The notes beneath the pieces were generated by a model, which had not been told where the DNA came from, searched no databases, and was given only the letters and a program-made list of their open reading frames with translations. Positions 54,235 through 63,409 of a DNA stretch of 64,000 nucleotides are shown here, in pieces. Location of the stretch: IMG/VR virus record IMGVR_UViG_3300045303_000172, positions 1-64,000 of that record. One strand, given 5' to 3'. Made by a program: the position numbers and the translations under genes. The first letter of the stretch is position 1, and every line of letters starts with the position of its first letter. This DNA is from a virus.

Positions 54235-54642
54235 GTGAGCCTTTACGTTCGTCTTTACGTCACGTTCTTCTCTCACCGCAAGACGCGCCAACTCCGATCC
54301 GTTATCGGTGACGCCGCTTTCTCCAAGTATTCGGATGACGACATTGCCGAATTCATCGGCTATCGCGGGGACGCTCCCGCTATGGTTAAGGCACTCGTTG
54401 ACGTTGGCTTCCTGGACGTTGACGGCAAGATCCATGATTGGGTTGAACACGCCGGATACCACGAGTTCTACGCCGCCCGGGCAAGGAGGGCAGCGAACGC
54501 AAAATGGAAGAAGGCGAAGGCCTACGCTAAAGCCGAATCAAATGGCACTCCCGTAAGCTCAGATAGCAGAGCTGAGTTGATCCCTGGAGCTGATCTGAAA
54601 AGAGCCAAGCAGTGCCTAAAGCAGTCATCAAGTAATGCTTGA
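54235..54642 (+). CDS. Replication-initiator-like N-terminal domain protein
   Basis: YVRL...FFSHRKT..L, ALVDVGFLD...IHDW.EH, RAA.AKW; first gene of replication operon. Confidence 0.65.
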   Translation: MSLYVRLYVTFFSHRKTRQLRSVIGDAAFSKYSDDDIAEFIGYRGDAPAMVKALVDVGFLDVDGKIHDWVEHAGYHEFYAARARRAANAKWKKAKAYAKAESNGTPVSSDSRAELIPGADLKRAKQCLKQSSSNA

Positions 54643-54681
54643 AGCATCCGTTAAGCATAACCACAACATAGTAAACCACAT

Positions 54682-55572
54682 ATGAGAGTAAAAATACACC
54701 ACCTCGCAGAACTGTTCCCGATAATGGGAGCCGACGAAGTAAAAAAGCTCGCGGAGTCCATCGCTGAACACGGATTACACCACCCAATCACCACCTTCGA
54801 AGGCAAGATTCTGGACGGTCGCCAACGGCATGAGGCGTGCGATCTCGCCGGGGTTAAGCCTCGGTTTGTTGAGTACAGGGGCACCAACCCTCTGGAGTTT
54901 GTGATCTCGGCAAACCTTCATCGTAGGCACCTCGACGCGTCGCAACGAGCCCTTATTGCCGCTAAGATCGCTGACTTAAAACAGGGTGAGGCTGGTCGCC
55001 AAACCGCAAATTTGCGGTTTAGTGAAAACGGGGCAATTCCTGCAAAAACGCACGAAGAAGCAGCTGAAATGATGGGAGTCTCACGGCGCTCGGTTGATAC
55101 GGCCAGCAAGGTTCTTGACGCCGCCCCTCCGAAAGTAATCGCCAAAGTGGAAGCCGGGCAAATCAGCATCACTGCCGCTGCGAGCGGAGTTAAGGCGAAA
55201 GAAAAAGCAAAAGACCCAATCGTTGACGTGTTCGGCAAGGCGATACCGGAGCCGCTACAAGCTGTCTGGGCTCGCCGCGGAGAAATCCTTGAACTGATGA
55301 AGGGTGCTGCGAAGCTGATGAGCCAGATCAATCAGGCGCGCGCGGAGAATGACGAGTTATTCGCTGGGACGGAATTCTCGGATGCCGTTGTCGATCTGGG
55401 CCAAGCCCATACACACCTGCGCTCCGCGCAACTCTGGTGCCTCTGTCCTTACTGCCAAGGCCGGTCACGCGAGAAGTGCACGTTCTGCAAGAAGCGCGGT
55501 TTCGTCAGCAAGGACAAATACGAACTCGTGCCAGAGGAACTGAGGCTGATCAATGAAAGGGTCAAGAAGTGA
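54682..55572 (+). CDS. ParB/Srx-like protein with HTH and C-terminal Cys motif
   Basis: LAESI.EHGL.HPI...ILDGRQR..AC, SANLHRRHL..SQRA, AAEMMGVSRRSV, CPYC..CTFC. Confidence 0.85.
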   Translation: MRVKIHHLAELFPIMGADEVKKLAESIAEHGLHHPITTFEGKILDGRQRHEACDLAGVKPRFVEYRGTNPLEFVISANLHRRHLDASQRALIAAKIADLKQGEAGRQTANLRFSENGAIPAKTHEEAAEMMGVSRRSVDTASKVLDAAPPKVIAKVEAGQISITAAASGVKAKEKAKDPIVDVFGKAIPEPLQAVWARRGEILELMKGAAKLMSQINQARAENDELFAGTEFSDAVVDLGQAHTHLRSAQLWCLCPYCQGRSREKCTFCKKRGFVSKDKYELVPEELRLINERVKK

Positions 55573-57290
55573 ACTTGCGCCCGTACCAGCACGAAGCGGT
55601 AAACTGCTGCTTCGAGCGATGGAAAGAGGACACCAGCACGCTGGTTGTTGTGCCGACCGGAGGGGGAAAGACTCAAATCTTCTCCGAGGTTATCCGGAGA
55701 TTCCTGCCTCAACGCGCCCTGGTGCTCGCCCACCGGGAGGAATTGATCTTTCAAGCCAAGGACCGGATCGAGCGCATTGCCGCTGTTGAATGCCAGGTTG
55801 AGATGGCCGATCTGACAGCTTCGAACGACCTTTTCCAGAGAAGCCCTTGCGTTGTCTCGACGGTTCAGACTCTTCACAAGCGGCTGGCGAGATTCGATCC
55901 AATGTCTTTCGGGCTCGTCATCGTTGACGAGGCCCACCATGGCACGGCCAGCTCTTACGTGAAGATTCTGGAGCATTTCAAGCAGAACACCGACCTGCGG
56001 ATTCTCGGCGTGACGGCCACCCCTGACCGGGCCGACGAAGAGGCTCTTGGTCAAATCTTCGATTCCGTCGCTTTCGATTATGAAATCCTGGACGCGATCA
56101 ACGACGGGTGGCTCGTGCCGGTCGATCAGCAGTTCGTGCGCGTCGAGGATCTGGACTTCTCGAACATCAGGACGACGGACAGGGACCTGAACGGAGTCGA
56201 TCTGGCGCGCCTCATGGAAGCTGAGGAAAACCTGCAAGGCGTGTGCGGCAGTTCCATCAACATCATCGGCAATCGCCAGTCCATCCTCTTTGCCGCATCG
56301 GTGAAGCACGCGGAAATGGCCTGTGAGATTTTCAATCGCCATCGGCCAGGAATGGCCACATTCGTTTGCGGGGCTACAGACAAGGAGACGCGCCGGGAAC
56401 GCATTGCCGCATTCAAGGCCAGAGAAGTGCAGGTTCTATGCAACGTCGGAATTGCCACCGAGGGAAGCGACTTCCCGGACGTTGCCGTAATCCTGATGGG
56501 GCGCCCCACCAAGAGCCGAAGTCTTTACGCCCAGATGGCCGGCAGGGCACTGAGGCCACTCACGGGACTCGTGGATTGCTTTGATGAAGCCGAAGCGCGT
56601 AAGTCGGCCATCGCTGGATCAACCAAGCCTTCCGCCCTCCTGGTGGACTTCGTTGGGAACAGCGGCAAGCACAAGCTGATGACGAGCATCGACATTCTCG
56701 GAGGTAAGGTAAGCGACGAAGCAGCCGAGCGTGCGTTGGCGAAGGCTCAGAAGGAGAAGGGCCAAGTCCGAATGGTTGATGTGCTCGAAGAGGCCGAGGA
56801 GGAACTGCGGCGAGAAAAGGAAGCTCGACGATTGGCTGAAGAAGCGCGTCGTGCGCGAGTGGTCGCCAAAGTCCAATACTCAACACGCAAGGTTAATCCG
56901 TTCGACGTGCTGGACATCACGCCAGTTAAAGAGCGCGGGTGGGACTCGAATAAAAAACTCAGCGAGAAGCAACTCGCTGTTCTTTTGAAGAATGGAATCG
57001 ACGGCACCCAGATGCCGTACAGCCAAGGGAAACAACTGGTAGACCAAATCTTTGGACGTTGGGGAGGAAAGCTTGCCACGTTCAAGCAGTGCTCACTACT
57101 CAAGAAGCACTACCCGGAGATAAACGTCAAAAACCTCAGCATGAAGGAGGCAGGTGGAATGATCGACGCGCTCGCAAAGAACGGATGGCGACGTGTAACC
57201 CCGCCGCCTCAAAAGCCCACTCCAGCACCACCTCCGCCGTCGGAGGATTCGCCACCGCCGTCGCATTACGACTCAGATCCACCGTTCTGA
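55569..57290 (+). CDS. SF2 DEAH-box helicase
   Basis: LRPYQ, PTGGGKT, DEAHH, TATPDR, TEGSDFP, QMAGRALR. Confidence 0.95.
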   Translation: MNLRPYQHEAVNCCFERWKEDTSTLVVVPTGGGKTQIFSEVIRRFLPQRALVLAHREELIFQAKDRIERIAAVECQVEMADLTASNDLFQRSPCVVSTVQTLHKRLARFDPMSFGLVIVDEAHHGTASSYVKILEHFKQNTDLRILGVTATPDRADEEALGQIFDSVAFDYEILDAINDGWLVPVDQQFVRVEDLDFSNIRTTDRDLNGVDLARLMEAEENLQGVCGSSINIIGNRQSILFAASVKHAEMACEIFNRHRPGMATFVCGATDKETRRERIAAFKAREVQVLCNVGIATEGSDFPDVAVILMGRPTKSRSLYAQMAGRALRPLTGLVDCFDEAEARKSAIAGSTKPSALLVDFVGNSGKHKLMTSIDILGGKVSDEAAERALAKAQKEKGQVRMVDVLEEAEEELRREKEARRLAEEARRARVVAKVQYSTRKVNPFDVLDITPVKERGWDSNKKLSEKQLAVLLKNGIDGTQMPYSQGKQLVDQIFGRWGGKLATFKQCSLLKKHYPEINVKNLSMKEAGGMIDALAKNGWRRVTPPPQKPTPAPPPPSEDSPPPSHYDSDPPF

Positions 57291-57291
57291 T

Positions 57292-58080
57292 ATGAGCACA
57301 GGATGGATACGGGTGACCCGCAAGCAACCGTGCGCGCAATGCGGCAAGCCAGACTGGTGTACTTGGCACCCGGAAATCGGATCGTGCTGTATGCGAATCG
57401 CCAACAACCACCCAATGCACAACGGTGGTTGGCTCTACAAAGAGGGTGCAAAGCCCGGTGTCGTTGTCCCAGTGCCAGTGAAGGAAGTTCACCATATCAA
57501 CGCCACGGCCATCATGCGCCAGTGGAGTGAGAAGACAGACCCGGATCGAGTTTTTGAATTCTCCAATAGCCTTGGGGTTTCGGTGTGGTCGCTGCTCGAT
57601 TTAGGTATCGCGTGGTCCCCCCAATATAACGCTTGGGCATTCCCGATGAAGGACGCCCATGGAAGCACCATCGGGATTAGGCTCCGCAGCGATACCCACA
57701 AGTGGGCCGTTACCGGCAGTCGAGCTGGGCTTTTCTTTGGAAAAGAGAAAGCGGCAAAGATGACCTGCGTCTGCGAAGGCCCGACCGACGCGAGCGCGGC
57801 AATCACGATGGGGCTCGAATGTGTCGGACGGTCGTCGTGCCAAGGCCAGGAACAGATGCTCTGTGAACGGTTGAGGAAATCGCATCGCGTGCTGATCATT
57901 TCAGACAACGATGACGCGGGACAGCGCGGGGCTGAGCGATTGCAGGCTATGCTCAAATGTCCTAGCCTGATATGGTTTCCCCCGTGCAAAGACCTTCGCG
58001 AGTTTGTTGGAATGGGCGGCACATTGCCGCTGCTGGAATCTCTGATTAAACCCATGGTATGGACTGTTCCAAAAGTGTGA
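57292..58080 (+). CDS. DNA primase-like (Zn finger plus TOPRIM)
   Basis: C..CGKPDWC, VCEGPTD, ISDNDDAG.RGA, KDLR. Confidence 0.88.
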   Translation: MSTGWIRVTRKQPCAQCGKPDWCTWHPEIGSCCMRIANNHPMHNGGWLYKEGAKPGVVVPVPVKEVHHINATAIMRQWSEKTDPDRVFEFSNSLGVSVWSLLDLGIAWSPQYNAWAFPMKDAHGSTIGIRLRSDTHKWAVTGSRAGLFFGKEKAAKMTCVCEGPTDASAAITMGLECVGRSSCQGQEQMLCERLRKSHRVLIISDNDDAGQRGAERLQAMLKCPSLIWFPPCKDLREFVGMGGTLPLLESLIKPMVWTVPKV

Positions 58081-58081
58081 T

Positions 58082-58876
58082 ATGAGCAAAGAAACAAACA
58101 TCTCCTGGACGGATCACACTTTTAACATCATCTGGGGTTGTTCGCGCTACAGTCCAGGCTGCGCGAAATGCTATGCAGAAGCTCTTGCCGCGCGTTGGGC
58201 ATTTGAAATCTGGGGAGTGGGTGCCGCACGGCGAACTTTCGGCGAAAAATATTGGCACGCTCCGATTGTGTGGAACGAGCAGGCATTGAGAGAAGGAAGG
58301 CGCCACCGAGTTTTCTCTTCTTCGATGGGTGACATCTTCGAAGATCATCCAACCGTCGCGCAGGAACGCGCAAAGCTCTGGCCGCTCATTCGAGATACGC
58401 CATGGCTGGATTGGCAACTCCTAACCAAACGAGCCGAACGCATTCAGGAATGTCTTCCGGCTGACTGGGGTCCGCACGGCTACCCAAATGTTTGGATGGG
58501 CGTCAGTGTCGAGAACCAGGAGTGGGCGGAAAAGCGGATTCCGTTTCTCCTCCGAGTGAATGTGCCGGTTCGATTCCTCAGCGCCGAGCCTCTGCTTGGG
58601 TCGATCCAGTTTACAACGATTTGCGGGCTCTCGTTTAATCGCAATCCAGATCACTCGATGGCGAGGAAGGATGGTGCCGGAATAGGGTGGGTAATCTTCG
58701 GCGGCGAGAGTGGATCTGGACACCGCCCTTGTGACCCGGCATGGATCGAAAGCGGCGTGAGGCAATGCCGCGCGGCTGGCGTGCCTGCCTTCGTGAAGCA
58801 GGATGGCGGCCAAAAACCAGGGCAGCAAGGATGGCTCAGCGACGAGCTTTTCAACACGAAGGAGTTTCCGCTATGA
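58082..58876 (+). CDS. DUF5131 / Gp37Gp68 family protein
   Basis: ISWTDHTFN..WGC...SPGC.KCYA, LLTKR, RFLSAEPLL, WVI.GGESG. Confidence 0.92.
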   Translation: MSKETNISWTDHTFNIIWGCSRYSPGCAKCYAEALAARWAFEIWGVGAARRTFGEKYWHAPIVWNEQALREGRRHRVFSSSMGDIFEDHPTVAQERAKLWPLIRDTPWLDWQLLTKRAERIQECLPADWGPHGYPNVWMGVSVENQEWAEKRIPFLLRVNVPVRFLSAEPLLGSIQFTTICGLSFNRNPDHSMARKDGAGIGWVIFGGESGSGHRPCDPAWIESGVRQCRAAGVPAFVKQDGGQKPGQQGWLSDELFNTKEFPL

Positions 58877-59089
58877 AGGAGGATTACGGACACGGCTGTT
58901 ACGAGGATGAGCACGGCAAGCTCCACTTGAGCATTCCTGGCATTCTGGAAGCTCTTGGGCGGCCCGGACGGACCAGAAACCCGCGAGTTGCTTTTAGAAT
59001 TGATCGAGGAAGGCATGAATGAAAACGCTCCTGGAGCTACACTCATCGTCAAAGACTCTAACAAAAATGAGATCGTCTGCTGCCATTGA
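58873..59089 (+). pseudogene. Small hypothetical gene with apparent 1-nt insertion at about 58963-58965
   Basis: Removing one C gives ...LEALGRPDGPETRELLLELIEEG...CCH* (72 codons). Confidence 0.6.
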
Positions 59090-59133
59090 AGATTTCGCTT
59101 TACAGCCGTCAACTGTCGATTACAGTAGATCGC

Positions 59134-59301
59134 ATGAATAAACCAACCAAGCAGAAACGCGGATTTGCCGTAATGAGTCTTGAACAGCGCACAGCCATCG
59201 CCCGCATGGGCGGCAAGAAAGTGTCCAGTGGGCCGAAAGGCCGCAAGTTCATGTCTCGGATCGGCAAAGTCGGCGGCGCTGCCATTCACAACGCGAAGTA
59301 A
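59134..59301 (+). CDS. KGG-repeat (stress-induced motif) small protein
   Basis: RGFAVMS.EQR.AIARMGG...MSRIGKVGG; promoter TTTACA-16-TACAGT-7-ATG. Confidence 0.8.
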   Translation: MNKPTKQKRGFAVMSLEQRTAIARMGGKKVSSGPKGRKFMSRIGKVGGAAIHNAK

Positions 59302-59325
59302 ACCGCAGTCGAAGAAAGGAACGTT

Positions 59326-59631
59326 CTGAACATCATCGAGTCCTTAAACCTGATCCGCAAGGGCAAGCTCGTTATCGACGCCCAGGAAAAGCTGCAAACG
59401 CTCGTCAAGGCGTGCAGCGAGACTGGCAAGAAAGGGAAGCTTGTCATCACCCTGTCTGTTGGCGCTGCCGAGGAAGAGACAGTTGCTATCAGCGGGCGTG
59501 TGCAGATCACTGCACCGGAGCCTTCGACCGCGAGCACGGTATTTTACACCGACAAGACCGGCGCACTTTTCCGCGACGATCCCAATCAACCCGAACTTCC
59601 TGAAATCGCCCGCATGACCCAGGCGCAGTAA
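59326..59631 (+). CDS. Conserved partner of DUF2303 gene, apparent CTG start
   Basis: AAAGGA-acgtt-CTG; NIIESLNLIRKG...ETGKKGKLVITL...FYTD..G.L.RDDPNQPEL; missing from ORF track. Confidence 0.8.
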   Translation: MNIIESLNLIRKGKLVIDAQEKLQTLVKACSETGKKGKLVITLSVGAAEEETVAISGRVQITAPEPSTASTVFYTDKTGALFRDDPNQPELPEIARMTQAQ

Positions 59632-59666
59632 ACCATCGCCACCCACACTTAACACTCGTCCAAATT

Positions 59667-60464
59667 ATGCCCAACAAAGAAGACATTGAAGCCTTAGAGG
59701 AAATCATCGCCAGAGGCCAAGATGTAGACACTGCTGCCGAAGGTGCCCAGCCATTTGTCATCATCCAAAAGGATAGCAAAGTCGGACTCCTTGAGGACAC
59801 CCTGATTCGGCCGAGCCGGAAGAAAGGCTCTCCGAATTTTATCAAGTCGGAATCGTTCTGCGCTTACGTGAACCAGCAGAAAACGCCTAATTCGCGTCTC
59901 TATGTGACATGCCCGACGAACATTGTCGCCGTGCTTAATCACCACGGACAAGGAGGCCCTGGATGGGCTGATCACCGGGCGCAATTCACGCTCACCCAAA
60001 CGCCCGAGTGGACGACATGGAAAAACAGCAATGGAAAGGCGATGGATCAGCGGACCTTTGCCCAGTTCATCGACGACAACAGCGAGGATATTGCCGGTCA
60101 GAGCGATGCTTCGCTTCTGGAACTAATCCGCACCATCAAGGCCAGCCAGCAGCTTGAGATCACCGGGGAAATCGATGAGAAGAACGACGTCGCCGGGTCT
60201 TCATTCAAACTCGCCGCACGAACCAAAGCGGGCGCGAAGGATGACGTTGAACTTCCTGGAGAATTCGCGCTGAGCATCGCGCCGTACGAAGGCGGCGAAA
60301 AGATTGCCGTTCGAGCACGTCTCAGGATTGAGATCCGAGCGCCAAAGTTTTTACTCAACTACGACCTCGTAAAGATCCAGAAGATCGAGCGCGAGGCATT
60401 GGAAGGCATCGTGAAAACGGTTGCCAATGCGGTGGAAATGGAACCTTGGTTTGGAACACCGTGA
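59667..60464 (+). CDS. DUF2303 (YfdQ-like) protein
   Basis: SF..YVN, AVLNHH...W.DHRA, EW..W...NGK.M.Q..FA.FI.DN, LP..F.L.I.PYEG. Confidence 0.88.
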   Translation: MPNKEDIEALEEIIARGQDVDTAAEGAQPFVIIQKDSKVGLLEDTLIRPSRKKGSPNFIKSESFCAYVNQQKTPNSRLYVTCPTNIVAVLNHHGQGGPGWADHRAQFTLTQTPEWTTWKNSNGKAMDQRTFAQFIDDNSEDIAGQSDASLLELIRTIKASQQLEITGEIDEKNDVAGSSFKLAARTKAGAKDDVELPGEFALSIAPYEGGEKIAVRARLRIEIRAPKFLLNYDLVKIQKIEREALEGIVKTVANAVEMEPWFGTP

Positions 60465-60467
60465 GTT

Positions 60468-60743
60468 ATGCCAATCACCTACGAAAGATCGTATAAGGCC
60501 AGCGACGGGAATTGCTACGCCACGTTAGCTGAAGCGCAAGAAGTAGAAATTAAATTGCTGCTCGAAGAGGCGGAAGATTTCAAACTTGCTCCTGGAACTG
60601 CCGAGGTAATCGTCGCTAACAAGGACGCCATCGTGAACATTCTCACGCTCAACGATTCCTCGCGTCCGAAAGCTCGCGGGTCAAAGAAGCCGAGAAAGAA
60701 GATCGAGCCACCCGCTCAAGCTGAGCTTCCGAAGGTGGCATGA
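60468..60743 (+). CDS. Hypothetical protein
   Basis: YKASDG..Y.T..EA; basic tail. Confidence 0.7.
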   Translation: MPITYERSYKASDGNCYATLAEAQEVEIKLLLEEAEDFKLAPGTAEVIVANKDAIVNILTLNDSSRPKARGSKKPRKKIEPPAQAELPKVA

Positions 60744-61114
60744 CCACCGAAGAACTTAAACGCCTGTTTCCGAATGCCAGCCGATCCACCATCGCCAGAA
60801 ATCGTTCTGCTGTGGGTGCCGTGGTGCCCGCCGAGCGAGAACTTGATACGCCGTCGCCATTGGTCCCAAAACGCCAAGTGCGACAACGAGGCAAAGGCCG
60901 CGCTCAGATCATCGTTACGCTCGTCGCCTGCCGACACCGCGAGATTGATGACGATAACAGCGCGGCTGGCTTCAAGCCGCTGCGCGACGAAATCGCCAAA
61001 GTCTTAGGCGTGGACGACGCGGACGGGCGAGTGCAATTCCGATACGGTCAGGTTGAGTGCGTTGGCCAGCAGGGCTCGATTGTCAAAATCGAGACGGTTA
61101 ATGCCCCGGCGTGA
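60740..61114 (+). CDS. RusA-like Holliday junction resolvase (divergent)
   Basis: R.IDDDN...G.K.LRD.I...L.VDD pattern. Confidence 0.65.
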   Translation: MTTEELKRLFPNASRSTIARNRSAVGAVVPAERELDTPSPLVPKRQVRQRGKGRAQIIVTLVACRHREIDDDNSAAGFKPLRDEIAKVLGVDDADGRVQFRYGQVECVGQQGSIVKIETVNAPA

Positions 61115-62465
61115 CCTTGTAAGTCGCCTTTGCCGTCGAACCATCCGGCAGGGTGATCGACGCTGTAATCGTCTGTTCTACGGCTCTTAGCTCACCTTCG
61201 AGCACCGGACCTGATCCCAAGTCTCCCTGCACGTCCGATGACCATTTGACGGGCGTGCTGGGTGGCTGGACGAAGACAGCGAGGCGCACCCCGGTCGTCA
61301 CGAAGGACACGGAGGGTTTTACGGGCGGCGGGATAGGAGTAGGCGGCACGATGTCAAGCTGCACCAGTGCCACGGTTTTGTCAGCTTGGATGACGACGAA
61401 AGCCTTTGCGGCCGTCGAGTAGGCGTAGATCGAACTGCCTAGCGGAACTGATTGGCCGGCGCACTGCAGGAGGTTCTGAGTCGGGTAACCCGTCGCGTAG
61501 CAGAGAGTCACGGAACCCGCCTGCGTCACCGGGATACACGGATTCAGGATGCTCAACACCCAATCGGCGCTGACGGCCACCTGAACGACTACTGCCCCGG
61601 CAGCGATGCCTGCAACGACCGGATGAGCCTGCCTAGTGCCAGCCTCTGGGCCTTCGGTTGGGAATTGGACGTTCGTGTATCCAAGATTCACTCGCCGGTT
61701 AATCTGGTCGGTGGTAGCCACGAGCGCGGTGATCTCTCCGTTGCTCGCCAGCACACCCATGACATAGACGCCGTTGACTATGTTTCTATTGATGACCTGA
61801 GGGAAAGACGATTTAAGCGCCAGCCTTCCACCGGCAAGCGTGAACGTCGCCGCGTCACCCCCCATAGCACCGTCAAAGATGTCCGCCATAAACAGCGTCC
61901 CGTCCCAAGGCGCCACACAGGCAGAGAACTGAGTGCTGTTCCCAACCGCAGAAGATATCGAAACCCTCTGCGACGGCCCCCAAACGCCCGCCAGCGAACG
62001 GACAATGACATCCACGGCAGGAAGGGCCTGCTGGTGGGTGCAGGCGACAAGTTCTCCGGACGGCATCACGACAAGCTCTGTCTGCCTGGATTGGCCATCG
62101 CCGTAGGGCGGTGGTGCCTGCGACGGTGTAGGAGCAGCAGAGAACGGATCGCCCGGCAGGCGAAACTCTTGAACGACCACCTTGGAGCTGGTGCTCTGGT
62201 TCTTTGAGGCCACGACAAGAAATCCGGGCAACACGCTTCCAGGCACCGTTGGCAGCAGAGCGCAACAAGCGTCGTCTCCGTTGCTGGAAACGCCCGTTAG
62301 GGGCCACACAGCGGTTCGGCCCTGGGCGTCGAAGAGCAAGACACGCCACGGCTCTGTGAGGGATGCGCCAGGCGTCACACCCACGATGCAGGCGCGGAGG
62401 TTATTGCCGAGCGTGGCAATGCGCTGCTGCGGGACACGTTGGAGCGTTGGAATGAGTTTGGTCAT
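61098..62465 (-). CDS. Beta-rich hypothetical protein with C-terminal Ig/PKD-like module
   Basis: WSSDVQG.LGSG...ITASIT; rest unassigned. Confidence 0.7.
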   Translation of the reverse strand: MTKLIPTLQRVPQQRIATLGNNLRACIVGVTPGASLTEPWRVLLFDAQGRTAVWPLTGVSSNGDDACCALLPTVPGSVLPGFLVVASKNQSTSSKVVVQEFRLPGDPFSAAPTPSQAPPPYGDGQSRQTELVVMPSGELVACTHQQALPAVDVIVRSLAGVWGPSQRVSISSAVGNSTQFSACVAPWDGTLFMADIFDGAMGGDAATFTLAGGRLALKSSFPQVINRNIVNGVYVMGVLASNGEITALVATTDQINRRVNLGYTNVQFPTEGPEAGTRQAHPVVAGIAAGAVVVQVAVSADWVLSILNPCIPVTQAGSVTLCYATGYPTQNLLQCAGQSVPLGSSIYAYSTAAKAFVVIQADKTVALVQLDIVPPTPIPPPVKPSVSFVTTGVRLAVFVQPPSTPVKWSSDVQGDLGSGPVLEGELRAVEQTITASITLPDGSTAKATYKVTPGH

Positions 62466-62534
62466 TGAGAGCGGCGCGGTACGCTAATAACTCGACGGTT
62501 GCCCGCCCCAGAACACGATCCCGCGCCGAAAGCG

Positions 62535-62765
62535 TTAATCCTTGCGTGGAATAATCTCCATCCGGCCAACAACTGAGTCGACGCCCCACGAGACGTATTC
62601 GGGGTGCTGCGCCAGGATTTCCGCTAGTGACTTCGGGATTGGCGTGAAAAGGATTGAACTGTTCCACCTGGCGATAGCCTCTTGAGTCTCCGGCGAGACG
62701 GGTTGAGGGCCGACGTTCGGCAACGGTGGGGGATTGTCTTTGTTTTGTCCGGGTAGTGAGGCCAT
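62535..62765 (-). CDS. Hypothetical protein (may extend to 62462 via frameshift)
   Basis: ORF in operon. Confidence 0.55.
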   Translation of the reverse strand: MASLPGQNKDNPPPLPNVGPQPVSPETQEAIARWNSSILFTPIPKSLAEILAQHPEYVSWGVDSVVGRMEIIPRKD

Positions 62766-62769
62766 AGGC

Positions 62770-63120
62770 TTACTTTAAGGTCTGGGGGACGGTTCGGTTC
62801 ACGATGTTCGTCCCGCGGGGCGTCCTTGACAAACGTGGCGCACGCACTGTCTCTGCTTGTGGAGTAATGCGCGCAGTCAAGGGTTCCGTTACCACTGTCG
62901 TGGCATTGGTGCTCGGGAACGGATAGCCGTTTGTGCCGATCCAGGAAATCTCCTGAGCGTCGAAGGCCCCGCCTGTCATTGAAGCCGTGGCGTGAACGCC
63001 TTTCATAGTCACACTGGCTCCGTCAGGCCAAACGCGGCCAACGTCCCCCATGGGACCTTTGCAAGCCGCGAGGGTGAGTAACGCGCCCGCGAGAGCGCCC
63101 GTCAGGATCAGGTTTTTCAT
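62770..63120 (-). CDS. Lipoprotein (o-spanin-like position)
   Basis: MKNLILTGALAGALLTLAAC lipobox. Confidence 0.75.
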   Translation of the reverse strand: MKNLILTGALAGALLTLAACKGPMGDVGRVWPDGASVTMKGVHATASMTGGAFDAQEISWIGTNGYPFPSTNATTVVTEPLTARITPQAETVRAPRLSRTPRGTNIVNRTVPQTLK

Positions 63121-63239
63121 TTCGTTTTGTTCCTTCGTTTGAACCAACCTTGGAACTCGGGTGGCCAGTAGAAGCAGCCGAGTGCCCAACCGACAAGAAT
63201 GCCAGCAAAAAATACTGAGCAAAGATTGACCATTGTCAT
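63117..63239 (-). CDS. 40-aa single-TM protein
   Basis: MTMVNLCSVFFAGILVGWALGCFYWPPEFQGWFKRRNKTK; ATGA overlaps both ends. Confidence 0.6.
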   Translation of the reverse strand: MTMVNLCSVFFAGILVGWALGCFYWPPEFQGWFKRRNKTK

Positions 63240-63409
63240 TGGTTAAGATGATGCCTAAAAATTTCCATGCAACAGCGAGAGCACAGTGCAGCCGGTGACC
63301 ACGTATTTCGGGCGCATCGAACGCAAGAGTGGAGATCAAAGTGCCACCGCGAGGCCACTACGGCAGCAGCCACGCCGAAGACGATTGTGCCGATGAAGAA
63401 GGTTCTCAT
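63236..63409 (-). CDS. 57-aa TM plus Cys-motif protein
   Basis: MRTFFIGTIVFGVAAAVVA...CVRC...CSRC; ATGA overlaps. Confidence 0.55.
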   Translation of the reverse strand: MRTFFIGTIVFGVAAAVVASRWHFDLHSCVRCARNTWSPAALCSRCCMEIFRHHLNQ

